Source of the DNA: a virus | Taxonomy: Duplodnaviria; Caudoviricetes | Virus record (IMG/VR): IMGVR_UViG_3300027917_000050 | Coordinates: 1-59,724 of that record | DNA: 59,724 bases | Reading direction: 5' to 3' (one strand) | Shown here: one piece after another, positions 28,409-37,697 of the stretch | Layout of the letters: each line of letters starts with the position of its first letter | Position numbering within the stretch: position 1 is the stretch's first letter | The notes under the pieces: generated by a model | Told to the model about the DNA's origin: nothing | The model's database searches: none | The model's input: only the letters and a program-made list of their open reading frames with translations | Made by a program: the position numbers and the translations under genes

Positions 28409-30580
28409 TTACTTAATTGCTGCCTGTTCAATATCTGATGCCTGTATCGGCGGAAGTGCTCCACCTGGTTCTCCTCCACCAACCGGGGTAGGACCAGGCA
28501 TTGCACCAGGTCCAGTCGGCGCAGGCATTCCACCTCCACCCGGCTGCATTATTTGCGCCTGTCGTTGCATCATTGACATTTCAATTCTGGCTGCCAGATC
28601 CTGTTCGTCCGGTACCGGGTTCTCTGATAGCTTGAGACCGTTCGCAACCTCTCGCAGAACCCTGGCCCGGCCTTCAAGTCCGATTATCTGCATATCGACA
28701 TCGTTGTTCGTGATACCCAGGAATTCCTGTCTCCTGGCCTGCAGCATATCCTGGACTACCAGATATTCAGATGCCCTGGCAATAATATTGATGTCTCCCT
28801 TATACTCGACATCGTCATCATACATGACAGTGTGAATCCAGGTATTGTAGACAACCTTCTTTATAACCTTGTCGTCGATGTCCATAATGGCATCTTTGAT
28901 AATCTTGCTGGCTGCATTCAAAAGCATCGATAGACCGTGTGCAGTCTTTCCTGCGCCACCTGCCACACCACCCAGACCCTGTTCGTATGCCGGTACACCT
29001 AACTGCTCACCGGCCTGCGTAAAGAAGTGCTTATAGCCTTCCATTAAAGTGCTGGTTACCATCTGTGGCTGGTAGAAATGAATAGCCTCCCTGTTCCTTC
29101 CCAACATATCAGACTTGGTGAACCACATCTTCCAAGGATAAATCCTTTGCGGATTTTCAGCGGCATCAAGTCTATCCCGCTGGACTTCAACTTGTGGGCC
29201 GGATGCAATGGCAGCATTATTAATTATTGCCCTGGCGAATGCATTACAACTTCTTTGGCAATCCTCCATAATTTCGGGTGGTGCTTCACCCCATACGGAA
29301 TCATTTGAGGAATCGAAAGATGCGGAGTAATAAGGTTTTTCACCGAACGGGTCCTCGTTTATTCGTGCCATTATAACCCACCGACCCACTAAAATACAAA
29401 TCGCCGGAACCGGATCTGCCGGATTCGGGATCTTTTTCGCATCAACCCCCCACTGAATCAGGAGATGACCAGGTATGTCTCCATAAAACTCTAAGGCCTC
29501 AATGATTGCCTCAGGGTCCTCTTGCTCATTCGGCCTCCCCTCAAGGTTCGCACGTTCCTGGTCGGTCCACAACCAGTCCTTCAGCGCGCCTGACTGATAT
29601 TGCATTAGAACTTCGTTAATTGCCGGGCTATTGAATCCAGGGACACCCCTCATAGCAAGAAGATCACGCTGTCGATATCGATGTCTTTGGATAAGATAGC
29701 CATCCTGTACCGACATGGCACCAGGAGCAAGATAGATATCAAATGGAGACACCCTCTCCCATGTACGCACATACTGCCACTTTAGAACCGGACGGACTGC
29801 CCCAGTCTCGTCTTCCTCCCAGGCCAATTTCTTTTTTCGCCTTACGATAGGACCTTTAATGAAAGCTGCCGGGTATGTCGCAAAATCCTTTATGAACCTC
29901 GACATCTCCTTGTAGAATCCGCCTTCATGGAAGTGGTCATCTATCCTATTTTCAATTCGGTCTGCCTCCTTTGTGGCAATCGACCTGATTTCCTGCTCAT
30001 GTGCCTTCCTGAGTTCCTCGACTCTCTCATCTATCGATTCGGGAGTTATCTTATCGGGTCCGAATAAATCAGAAACTTCCTGGACTTCTCTGGCCACCTG
30101 CTCACGAATTCTATCCATTGCATCATTTGGCATATCAGGATATGGTGTCGGGTCCAGAGACCATGGTTTGTCGCCTGCCGGAATCATAACGTCCCTGACA
30201 AGTGCTTCAATTGTCCGGCACTTCGCATTTGTCAACATCATAAATATCTGAGACCCACCAAATTTTTGTATAGCAGCAAGGTCCCTTGGATCATAGATAC
30301 CCTTCCTCTGACGGAAACATTTTAAGAGGCGTTCCTCAATCTGAAACTTTGTGGTCTTTGCAGCATCCCACCGGGTCCTTACAAACGCAGAAAGACTTGC
30401 GATTTCAGGACGATATTGCATTGCATCGGCCTTCTCGCGTTCCCGGTTTTCGTTTGCAATCATCTCGGTATTGCTCAAGACCCTCATCAAAGATGACTGA
30501 TTTGCGACTGCCCCATAACCCCCCGACGCATCTTTAGATGCCACAAATGTAGTCGGATCATAGGTCGCAGGAATAGGCAT
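28409..30580 (-). CDS. Portal protein
   Basis: 723 aa; ERVSPFDIY..LEFYG..NNAAIASGPQVEV..GAGKTAHGLSML; P/G-rich tail; position between TerL and scaffold. Confidence 0.85.
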   Translation of the reverse strand: MPIPATYDPTTFVASKDASGGYGAVANQSSLMRVLSNTEMIANENREREKADAMQYRPEIASLSAFVRTRWDAAKTTKFQIEERLLKCFRQRKGIYDPRDLAAIQKFGGSQIFMMLTNAKCRTIEALVRDVMIPAGDKPWSLDPTPYPDMPNDAMDRIREQVAREVQEVSDLFGPDKITPESIDERVEELRKAHEQEIRSIATKEADRIENRIDDHFHEGGFYKEMSRFIKDFATYPAAFIKGPIVRRKKKLAWEEDETGAVRPVLKWQYVRTWERVSPFDIYLAPGAMSVQDGYLIQRHRYRQRDLLAMRGVPGFNSPAINEVLMQYQSGALKDWLWTDQERANLEGRPNEQEDPEAIIEALEFYGDIPGHLLIQWGVDAKKIPNPADPVPAICILVGRWVIMARINEDPFGEKPYYSASFDSSNDSVWGEAPPEIMEDCQRSCNAFARAIINNAAIASGPQVEVQRDRLDAAENPQRIYPWKMWFTKSDMLGRNREAIHFYQPQMVTSTLMEGYKHFFTQAGEQLGVPAYEQGLGGVAGGAGKTAHGLSMLLNAASKIIKDAIMDIDDKVIKKVVYNTWIHTVMYDDDVEYKGDINIIARASEYLVVQDMLQARRQEFLGITNNDVDMQIIGLEGRARVLREVANGLKLSENPVPDEQDLAARIEMSMMQRQAQIMQPGGGGMPAPTGPGAMPGPTPVGGGEPGGALPPIQASDIEQAAIK

Positions 30581-30644
30581 GGTTTAATATTCTCCAGATT
30601 TACATAGCTATGCTACGCATATTATAATAAAAACAAACTAATTT

Positions 30645-30672
30645 AGTATGTCTATTAATACTGGATTGTCAA
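30645..30672 (-). promoter_or_regulatory. sigma70-like promoter upstream of the portal gene
   Basis: TTGACA-N16-CATACT. Confidence 0.45.
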
Positions 30673-30873
30673 GAAAAATGAAAGGATTACTGGATTAAAT
30701 TCGCTGCGAATGGATAGCTTTTAACCAAATTGTATTTGATGCTCTCGGAGAGATAAACATTGCGGCAGGATCAACAGCCTAACAGGCAACACATCCGAAT
30801 ACTATCTTAATCAACCAGACGATACCAGCCATTGCCATCATTCCACATATGAATGCAAATAATAATTCGTCCT

Positions 30874-31122
30874 TCATCTTACCCTCCTCTTGAGTCCGAT
30901 TAGGCGTTTGAGTCTCATTAAAAATCTTGGTGCTTGCCTTTTAATATCATGAGCAAAATCAAAAATGAGGAGTAATATAAACACGCACCCCAGGGAATAA
31001 ATACCACCGACCACGGCAACCCACATGAGTATCCAGTGACCTTTATCAGAAACAGAATTGTCCCTGATATGTCGAACGTCAGAAGAAGGAACTTGTCTGC
31101 CAGAGATAAAAACTTTAGCCAT
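30874..31122 (-). CDS. Small membrane protein
   Basis: One long hydrophobic segment. Confidence 0.45.
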   Translation of the reverse strand: MAKVFISGRQVPSSDVRHIRDNSVSDKGHWILMWVAVVGGIYSLGCVFILLLIFDFAHDIKRQAPRFLMRLKRLIGLKRRVR

Positions 31123-31125
31123 TTT

Positions 31126-31422
31126 TTAGCAACCGTCACCATGAAACATGTGATTGTCACAATAAAATCCTCCCACTTTATAGACCCACTCGTGGTGGCC
31201 TGGTCTTTCGTCTGTCGGACCTATCCATTTCATATCAGAAACAATCTGTGCAGGTATAAAACATACACAGGGATGCGTTTCGTCAACCCCTCCACAGATA
31301 CCCCTTACCAAAGGACATGACCACGGTGGAACCATTTTGTTCAACCTGTCCACCATGTTTTGGGCATCTTCTTCGGCATCAAATTTCATTGCCTTAATCT
31401 CTTTGAGTTTATTTTGATCCAT
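31126..31422 (-). CDS. Cys-containing hypothetical protein
   Basis: Start MDQNK at 31422 with GGAGGT SD; CPL..C..CVC..C. Confidence 0.55.
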   Translation of the reverse strand: MDQNKLKEIKAMKFDAEEDAQNMVDRLNKMVPPWSCPLVRGICGGVDETHPCVCFIPAQIVSDMKWIGPTDERPGHHEWVYKVGGFYCDNHMFHGDGC

Positions 31423-31567
31423 TGCAAACCTCCTCGTCATTTTTCTCGTAAAGTTGTTTTTTTTTACGGGACAAATCACCCATAATCTTACAGTGCGGAC
31501 ACCGGGGTCCTATGCCGGGTTCCCGGTGCCACACATTGGTCTCTGTTCCACATCCGCCACATTTCAT
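31409..31567 (-). CDS. Leaderless-looking Zn-ribbon micro-ORF (52 aa)
   Basis: Not in the ORF track. MKCGGCGTETNVWHREPGIGPRCPHCKIMG...; ATG 6 nt after TATAAT; overlaps the start of the next gene. Confidence 0.6.
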   Translation of the reverse strand: MKCGGCGTETNVWHREPGIGPRCPHCKIMGDLSRKKKQLYEKNDEEVCNGSK

Positions 31568-31573
31568 AATTAT

Positions 31574-31605
31574 ATTATACCATACCTTCTAAAAAACAGG
31601 TGCAA
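31574..31605 (-). promoter_or_regulatory. TTGCAC-N20-TATAAT promoter, copy 1
   Basis: TTGCAC CTGTTTTTTAGAAGGTATGG TATAAT. Confidence 0.75.
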
Positions 31606-31652
31606 ATTAAATCCGGTCAAGATGGTCAGTCACCGGAAACCACCCCAATTCA

Positions 31653-32162
31653 TTAGCAAATATATGGCATGTCAATCAAATCTTTCGATGTTCCTACCCA
31701 GTAACCTTTATAGTCAGACCTGAGATTCCTGGGGTCAAACACCATATCCTTCGGCGCATATCCAAGGCAGGTAATTGTCCGGTGATTCTTTATATCAGCA
31801 AGAACCAGGACATACCAGTCGCAGGGTTTCTTGATATGCCATTCGGTAACCAGTAAATTCTTATGGACGTTATTTACAGTCTTGATATCGAACGTGACAA
31901 ACCGATTGTCGTTCTCCGACCATACCTTGAAATCAAACTTATTTGCCCCCTGACACTGTAGGTCAGGATATACATTCCACATCTTACACATTCCGATTTC
32001 GGCTGCCATTGAGTTTTGATTAGATCCTATTGGGTCATCGATTTTAATGGCCCGGTCATGGGCCTTCCGCTTAATATTTTCCTCGTGCCTCCTTCTGCCT
32101 ACAAACATTGCCAGCTTGTACTCCGCCAGGCATAGATTTGTTTTCTGTCCTTTTCTTACCAT
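31653..32162 (-). CDS. Hypothetical protein, possible PD-(D/E)xK fold
   Basis: AEIG...FDF...FDIKT...CDWYVLV spacing. Confidence 0.5.
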   Translation of the reverse strand: MVRKGQKTNLCLAEYKLAMFVGRRRHEENIKRKAHDRAIKIDDPIGSNQNSMAAEIGMCKMWNVYPDLQCQGANKFDFKVWSENDNRFVTFDIKTVNNVHKNLLVTEWHIKKPCDWYVLVLADIKNHRTITCLGYAPKDMVFDPRNLRSDYKGYWVGTSKDLIDMPYIC

Positions 32163-32300
32163 ACTTCCTCCTCAACTTTTTTCTCCATCTCCTGAGTTTT
32201 TTTCGTTCTATCATTATTAAAAAAGAAACTCGACCACCTGCCCATAAAGACTTGAGTACCATCGGTGTCCACCTTATTGCAATATGAATTCTTCCTATCT

Positions 32301-32543
32301 TCATTCGTCACCCCGTATCGGTATGAACTCCCAACAATGGTCAGATTTATGTTTTTTAACTGACTGTGGAAACCTTGTACAAATACCATCAGGATTCTCA
32401 ATAGGTTCCATCGGGTTAAGAGGGTTTGAAAATTCATATCCACATTCCCAACACGAACACCTATCGCACCTGGCCTCGACAGTATTGGCCTCTGCCTTGC
32501 AAAATCCGGTGGTCCTGGCCGATAATACAACTATCTTCCTCAT
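32301..32543 (-). CDS. Cys-rich hypothetical protein
   Basis: CDRC..W...GICTRFP.....DHCWEF phage motif. Confidence 0.55.
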   Translation of the reverse strand: MRKIVVLSARTTGFCKAEANTVEARCDRCSCWECGYEFSNPLNPMEPIENPDGICTRFPQSVKKHKSDHCWEFIPIRGDE

Positions 32544-32662
32544 CTCTTTGTGTTCCCAATGTCGGTTATAATTGCCACAAATGTAATGGCAGCCAGAACA
32601 ACTATCGCACTCAATAAAATGTATTCAATTGTTTCCATATCTATTAAATAGCAATCGTGCAT

Positions 32663-32857
32663 CTATTTAGCAAGGTTTTTATACCGTTCGCAATAATGCC
32701 TCTTTGGGCAGGTCTCACAGAATACTCTGTGCAATCTGGCCCATGCCCGGCTGCTGCTCCAGTCCGAACTCCTCATCCAGTCGGCCCGGCCCGACACCCT
32801 GGCATAGAATATACGACATAGTATTATACCAATTAGTATACCAATGATTAAGTCCAT
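32663..32857 (-). CDS. Small membrane protein with C-terminal CxxC
   Basis: N-terminal hydrophobic helix; overlaps the TerL stop. Confidence 0.45.
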   Translation of the reverse strand: MDLIIGILIGIILCRIFYARVSGRADWMRSSDWSSSRAWARLHRVFCETCPKRHYCERYKNLAK

Positions 32858-34548
32858 CCGCTTGCATCCTGTCCCTGCTGTTCAACTTTCTGCCTGACCT
32901 GGATATTCATTGAAGGTCCCTCGTCCCAGTTGTGAACACCATCTATCATGAGCGACATCAACGCAAAGGCATCAGCACCATGCTGGTTGTCGTCCTCCAG
33001 CGGAGTATCTCTCCAGCATCCTAACTTGTCGTTCCATTGCTTTCTGAAATTGTCAAGTCTGTCAATACCCTTTTCGCATCTCTCCAGGTCGAACCAGCAT
33101 AATGGGATTGTCCTCCGTACTGTCTCTCTCTGCATCGCCTTCGAAACCTTTGGACCGACCTCAAACTTAATGCCATGTTCCTCCGCCCATTTGAGTCGAG
33201 TTTTGTTGGTAGTGTATTCATGAACCGTGATATCGTGAGGAGCGCACCAACGTCCGTATCTGTATGGTTTTCCATTGATATCCCGAATGTCTTTGCAATA
33301 GTCAGCATAATGCATAAGACCTTCTCCTGAGTTCTCGTAATAGTCGATAACATGGATCTCCCTCCCAACCTTTTGAATGTACCATATAACGTTGAAGTCG
33401 TCCAGGCCCAGGTCCCAGAATGTATATACCGGAAGTCCTTCTTTGTGTGGTACGCTACAAATCCTACCGGCCTTGCGCGCATCTGACATTTGCCGGGCAT
33501 AGTATGAACCTTCGATAGATTGATGAAAGGCCTCGTCGGGTGTCATGGGGTGTTCCCGGTACATGAATTCACCCTGAGTCTTCTCCTTCGAAACATACCA
33601 CCACTTGAATTCATTCGATAGCTTCTTGCCCAGGATTCCCTCGACCTTGTCGAAATACTTTTCAAGTCTCTGTGGTATCGGGACCGGGATGCTTACCCGG
33701 TTCTCTGCCTTCTCGTGAGCACCAAAGAAATGGAACTTGTAGTCCAGTTCAGATAGCTGCCTTTTTTCCTTCTGGGCATCCCTGGCCTCCTTTATCATCT
33801 CATAGTATCGACCCTCCCGGCCCTCTGCGGTTGATTCAATTGTGACAATCTGACCAGGGTGTATCGTATTGAGCGTTCCTGTGATAACTTCTTCGGCCTT
33901 TGCCGGAAACTTAGCACACATCTTACCAAATTCAGAAATATGGACCATTTGGTAGGTGCCAGAACGTCCACTGGTCGTAACTCGTATAGATGACCCATTG
34001 TCGAAAGAAAGTACACCGACTGCATCCTGTCTTGCTTTGAGTCCTGCTTTAAGCCAGTTCGGTAGATTATCATGGGCGAATTTTACCTTCTTGACAAAGA
34101 AGTCTTTGGCATCCTCTTTGTTGTGCGCGATGATAGCGCAGTGGGTGTTTGAATTGAATAGAGACTGGTCCAGTTGAAGGATGCACATCTCGGTGGTAAT
34201 CCCATGCTGCCGGGACTTTAGAACGATGTTACAGTACCACATCCCCAGGAACAGCAGCTTCTGGGCATAACGCATCCTGAAGACATGAACAACACCTGCC
34301 TCATCGGTTACCTTGTACAGGTTGTCCAGTCTCCAACGCCTGGAGGCCAAACGCTTAACGAGGAGTTCCCTCGCCTCCTCTATTGAGAGGTTCTTGAACT
34401 CCTCGCCTAATTGCTCCCAGTCTTCCCTGGAGACGTTAAGATCAGTCTGTGTGCTGCTTGAGGAAGTTTGAAAGGGATTCGATATCTGGAACGAATCGTT
34501 TTCGGGAGTGCTCGTCGCCTTTTCGCTTATAGTAGATGATGAATCCAT
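32848..34548 (-). CDS. terL: Terminase large subunit
   Basis: WRLDNLY; VLKSRQHGITT (Walker A); VHISEFG (Walker B); IESTAEG; nuclease domain WDLGLDD, PHD, HGADAF. Confidence 0.92.
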   Translation of the reverse strand: MDSSSTISEKATSTPENDSFQISNPFQTSSSSTQTDLNVSREDWEQLGEEFKNLSIEEARELLVKRLASRRWRLDNLYKVTDEAGVVHVFRMRYAQKLLFLGMWYCNIVLKSRQHGITTEMCILQLDQSLFNSNTHCAIIAHNKEDAKDFFVKKVKFAHDNLPNWLKAGLKARQDAVGVLSFDNGSSIRVTTSGRSGTYQMVHISEFGKMCAKFPAKAEEVITGTLNTIHPGQIVTIESTAEGREGRYYEMIKEARDAQKEKRQLSELDYKFHFFGAHEKAENRVSIPVPIPQRLEKYFDKVEGILGKKLSNEFKWWYVSKEKTQGEFMYREHPMTPDEAFHQSIEGSYYARQMSDARKAGRICSVPHKEGLPVYTFWDLGLDDFNVIWYIQKVGREIHVIDYYENSGEGLMHYADYCKDIRDINGKPYRYGRWCAPHDITVHEYTTNKTRLKWAEEHGIKFEVGPKVSKAMQRETVRRTIPLCWFDLERCEKGIDRLDNFRKQWNDKLGCWRDTPLEDDNQHGADAFALMSLMIDGVHNWDEGPSMNIQVRQKVEQQGQDASGWT

Positions 34549-34864
34549 TGTCGATTTTGTCGATGTAGAAAGATTTTAGGTGAAAGCATAGCTTTGGAAG
34601 GACACCTTCACCAACCTTCATTACATTGCCGGGAACGATTGAATTTGATCTTTGATGAATATCATCCCCCATACATAATTCTGTAAATAAACACTCCTTG
34701 CACAGATATACCGAACTACAATCGCTCTCGTCTGGGCATTCATCACATATTATACCCCTTGACTCGCAGTCCGCGCATGGAGGTTTTTTGCGAAGGTCTC
34801 CGTCCGCCCCTAACCGATACATTACTTCTTTGTCTGAACATCCACCAAACTCTTTTATTTCCAT
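34442..34864 (-). CDS. Cys-rich hypothetical protein
   Basis: Three CxxC pairs; GGGGGGG SD; overlaps the terL 5' end. Confidence 0.5.
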   Translation of the reverse strand: MEIKEFGGCSDKEVMYRLGADGDLRKKPPCADCESRGIICDECPDESDCSSVYLCKECLFTELCMGDDIHQRSNSIVPGNVMKVGEGVLPKLCFHLKSFYIDKIDNGFIIYYKRKGDEHSRKRFVPDIESLSNFLKQHTD

Positions 34865-35021
34865 GATCCCCCCCTAAACAACGTCTTCGGTTATATCATC
34901 GACCTCGTGCTCCACCTCCCAGGCCATCTCAGAGACGGCACCCTGGAATGATATGCTCGTGGTCGCAAGGCAGGCCTCCAGATACTCGTCGAGCAACTTA
35001 TAGAGATCTGCCTCTATTTCT

Positions 35022-35294
35022 TTAATTGCCCTCAACGCCTAACCACTTCTTGATCTTGGACGTTACCGGAATGAACAGCCTGTCAATATTATTGGTCGCA
35101 CAGGCCACCGAATGATTCTCAAGTTCTTCCCGTATCATAATTGTATTGAGTCCGTATGGTCTGACTGCATCACATATCGGAGTAAAATTAAAAATAGCAT
35201 GGAATGCCTGTAATTCATCTTCCGATTCGAATGTTATGGTTAAATCAACGGGATTGAAATTAGTCGGAATGGAATTGCTTGAAATTACTCTCAT
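35022..35294 (-). CDS. Hypothetical protein
   Basis: ATGA coupling; FNPVDLTITFESEDEL motif common in phage small proteins. Confidence 0.55.
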   Translation of the reverse strand: MRVISSNSIPTNFNPVDLTITFESEDELQAFHAIFNFTPICDAVRPYGLNTIMIREELENHSVACATNNIDRLFIPVTSKIKKWLGVEGN

Positions 35295-35530
35295 TTTTTA
35301 TTCCTTTCATTCTTTTGTATTTTTGCTTTTCTTATGGCTGCAGCCTTCTTGCGTCTCCGCCTGCTGCCCTTGCTCTCGAAATATGAACGTTGCTTGAGTT
35401 CTCTCATGAGGCCCAGGGATGACAGCCTCTGGTTGAATTCGCGTATAGCAGCCTCAAGGTTTCGTTCTCCCATCGGCCCAAACACAGGAGGCCGGACGGT
35501 AACCACCGGGTTATCAAATATTCTTCTCAT
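35291..35530 (-). CDS. rpsU: Ribosomal protein bS21 homologue
   Basis: VTVR..NLEAAIREFNQRLSSLGLMRELKQRSYFESKGSRRRRKKAAAIRK matches the bS21 pattern (ExALRRFKR...G...E.R.R..YEKP...R.RK..AA.KR); AAGGAG SD. Confidence 0.8.
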   Translation of the reverse strand: MRRIFDNPVVTVRPPVFGPMGERNLEAAIREFNQRLSSLGLMRELKQRSYFESKGSRRRRKKAAAIRKAKIQKNERNKK

Positions 35531-35895
35531 GCCACACTCCTTAAGATATCAAGAATTGTTTCTGCGTCCGGCTTAGATCCTGCCAGGTCGGGATGAAGTT
35601 CATCGGTAATCTTCATTGGATGCCTGTGCTCACCTATATTGATATACATACATCTGTCCTCTGCAACAAAGCATCGATCTGCGAATACCTTAAACCTCTC
35701 CATATCAATATTTGCCATCGTAATTAACCATGCCTGCCTTATTAATTGTCTGATATCCATTGTCTGATTAATTTCCCATATCTCAGGAACAAAGGTTCCG
35801 GTATACTGTTTAGTCGCAGTCTTGCGGTAGCTTCCCCCTATTAAGCCCATCAATCTTTGCCAGAATGACCCTAATATCGAAAAACTGATCTCCAC
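35527..35895 (-). CDS. Hypothetical protein
   Basis: Co-oriented; overlaps the terS 3' end; ATGA-coupled to rpsU. Confidence 0.45.
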   Translation of the reverse strand: MEISFSILGSFWQRLMGLIGGSYRKTATKQYTGTFVPEIWEINQTMDIRQLIRQAWLITMANIDMERFKVFADRCFVAEDRCMYINIGEHRHPMKITDELHPDLAGSKPDAETILDILRSVA

Positions 35896-36397
35896 CCTTA
35901 CCCTCCTCGGTTATAATGCCCAGGTTCTTTGCCATACGACCCAATGCCTGGCCCTTATCGTTGAACTGGATCTCCTTGATCACCCTTACAATTTCGGTTT
36001 TAGGCGTACCGTCCTTATTGAGTTCTCCTGTCTGCCTAACCACATCCTCATATTTGACAGATTTAATGGCAGCCTGGAGATCCTCCGGCCAATCCTGCAC
36101 TTCTTTGATCATTCCATTCTCGTCGAGCATTCCAGGAATCCGGTGTGTGGCCAAGAGAGAATCCTCATGAAGGATATCATTTGCAGTCGCAGTCCACTTC
36201 TCAACAACCTTCTCTGTGGACTTCTCGGCCAATTCTTCAAGGTAGGCTTTGACCTTGGGGTTCTTTAAGAGTTTGCTGGATTCACTATTCGCCGTTGACT
36301 CTTTGCATTTGTATACTTTTCGGTAACTTGCAGTACCATTTCCAGTCAGAAAGTATTCATCGGCAAACTTCTTATGTTTTACAGGTAACCTGATCAT
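35810..36397 (-). CDS. terS: Terminase small subunit
   Basis: KKFADEYFLTGNGTASYRKVY..SSKLLKNPKVKAYL...DKGQALGRMAKNLG. Confidence 0.85.
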   Translation of the reverse strand: MIRLPVKHKKFADEYFLTGNGTASYRKVYKCKESTANSESSKLLKNPKVKAYLEELAEKSTEKVVEKWTATANDILHEDSLLATHRIPGMLDENGMIKEVQDWPEDLQAAIKSVKYEDVVRQTGELNKDGTPKTEIVRVIKEIQFNDKGQALGRMAKNLGIITEEGKGGDQFFDIRVILAKIDGLNRGKLPQDCD

Positions 36398-36433
36398 GTT
36401 TATTCCTCAGATAACAAATCAAAATATAGGTTC

Positions 36434-36655
36434 TTAGTTGTCATCTTCCCCCCTATTCCCCTCTCGTTTCCGGCATATATTGTTGGCTGCCATAGCTTCT
36501 TCCATGACCTCTGTTGCCCATCTCTTGTGATTCTCACAGTGCGGTATAGAATATTTGAACCCATCCCCAGGGAAATGATAGAGGATATAGGTCGCATTCT
36601 CAACACACTCTGGATGTCGGCAGAAACCAGTCACTATGCCCTCGTCTATTCGGTA
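36434..36655 (-). CDS. Small Cys/His hypothetical protein (start uncertain)
   Basis: CRHPEC...HCENH in the frame of ORF 36434..36769. Confidence 0.35.
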   Translation of the reverse strand, partial: YRIDEGIVTGFCRHPECVENATYILYHFPGDGFKYSIPHCENHKRWATEVMEEAMAANNICRKREGNRGEDDN

Positions 36656-37248
36656 GTCCATTTGAATTCTATTGGAATAGATTTCCCCGGTGTCTTTGGA
36701 CTCGTTAAAAAACCTTTTTTTAATATTTTGTCCATCAAAGATTTTGTCAGAGCAACATCCTGGAGGCAATAGTCTATGACGGACCCGTACTTTCCCTGTT
36801 GGAAATCAATAGGTGCCAGCCTACCATGCCCGGTCTTCTGGGTATTGAAATTTGCCCTGCACATATCGTCGAGACCATACCCTCCATGGGTGGACATATT
36901 GAATATGTCTGCGTCCAGGCCCTCTGCCTTCCATATCTCACGAAGAATGTCAAAAGTTTTGTCAGTAAGGTCGAATCCAAATTCGGCTAAAATCAATTGG
37001 TTATCGAAATTGTGGCTATTAAACCCGACAACCATGTCAGAATAATTGGCCATCTCAAGAAATTCGGTCATATTGTCTTCCATAAAGACCCGGTATCTTT
37101 TCTGGTCATACTGATAGGCGCATAGACAGGCAATTCCCATATTCTCAAAGTCCCTCCAGCCACCGCAATATTCGATTCCCTTGATCTTTTTTTCGTTCCT
37201 TCCCTGAATTGCCTTTGCAATTTCGATATCGTAAACAATTATATTCAC
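36646..37248 (-). CDS. DEDD 3'-5' exonuclease (RNase H-like/DnaQ superfamily)
   Basis: YDIE (ExoI), VVGFNSHNFD (ExoII), YCLQDV (ExoIII). Confidence 0.8.
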   Translation of the reverse strand: MNIIVYDIEIAKAIQGRNEKKIKGIEYCGGWRDFENMGIACLCAYQYDQKRYRVFMEDNMTEFLEMANYSDMVVGFNSHNFDNQLILAEFGFDLTDKTFDILREIWKAEGLDADIFNMSTHGGYGLDDMCRANFNTQKTGHGRLAPIDFQQGKYGSVIDYCLQDVALTKSLMDKILKKGFLTSPKTPGKSIPIEFKWTTE

Positions 37249-37261
37249 TAAATATTCCCCC

Positions 37262-37696
37262 TCTTGATATGCCGTTTATTAGTTTAGGTTAATTTTCTAT
37301 ATGGACCTCTATTACACCTGACGGTGCATTAAAATCAAACTCATAGATGGACGGGATCAAAGATATGTCAGATTCATTGCCAATGCCATCTATTTCGACT
37401 ATTCCAATGCTGTAAAACCCATCCTGGATTGCCGGAAGTGTCGGTTCATGAAATGATTCCATTATGGTTCTGATGTCTATTCTTACAACACCGTCTCCAT
37501 CGGCAGCCGGAAGTCCAAGATCCTCATATAAAGAATCGTATGAGGCAAAAACCGGGTTGGCAGGATCAGATTGTTTTTCGTAATACATTCTATACGTTAC
37601 AACGTCTGCAGCACCTGACGGTGTAAACGCAAGGAAAAACTGTTTTTCTTTTGCCATAAGCAGCACCTCCTTTAGACAATAAACGGCATATCAAGA
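37262..37696. repeat. Perfect 19-bp inverted repeat bracketing one gene
   Basis: tcttgatatgccgtttatt (37262-37280) is the exact reverse complement of aataaacggcatatcaaga (37678-37696). Confidence 0.95.
37289..37657 (-). CDS. Small fibronectin-III/Ig-like protein
   Basis: Start MAKEK with AAGGAGGT SD; SGAADVVTYRMYY...YSIGIVEIDGIGNESDIS...FDFNAP FN3-like motifs. Confidence 0.6.
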   Translation of the reverse strand: MAKEKQFFLAFTPSGAADVVTYRMYYEKQSDPANPVFASYDSLYEDLGLPAADGDGVVRIDIRTIMESFHEPTLPAIQDGFYSIGIVEIDGIGNESDISLIPSIYEFDFNAPSGVIEVHIEN

Positions 37697-37697
37697 T

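Noticed and set aside
31493-31532. GC-rich hairpin-like stretch that looked like an ncRNA
   Set aside because: It falls inside the Zn-ribbon micro-ORF 31409..31567, which explains the region.
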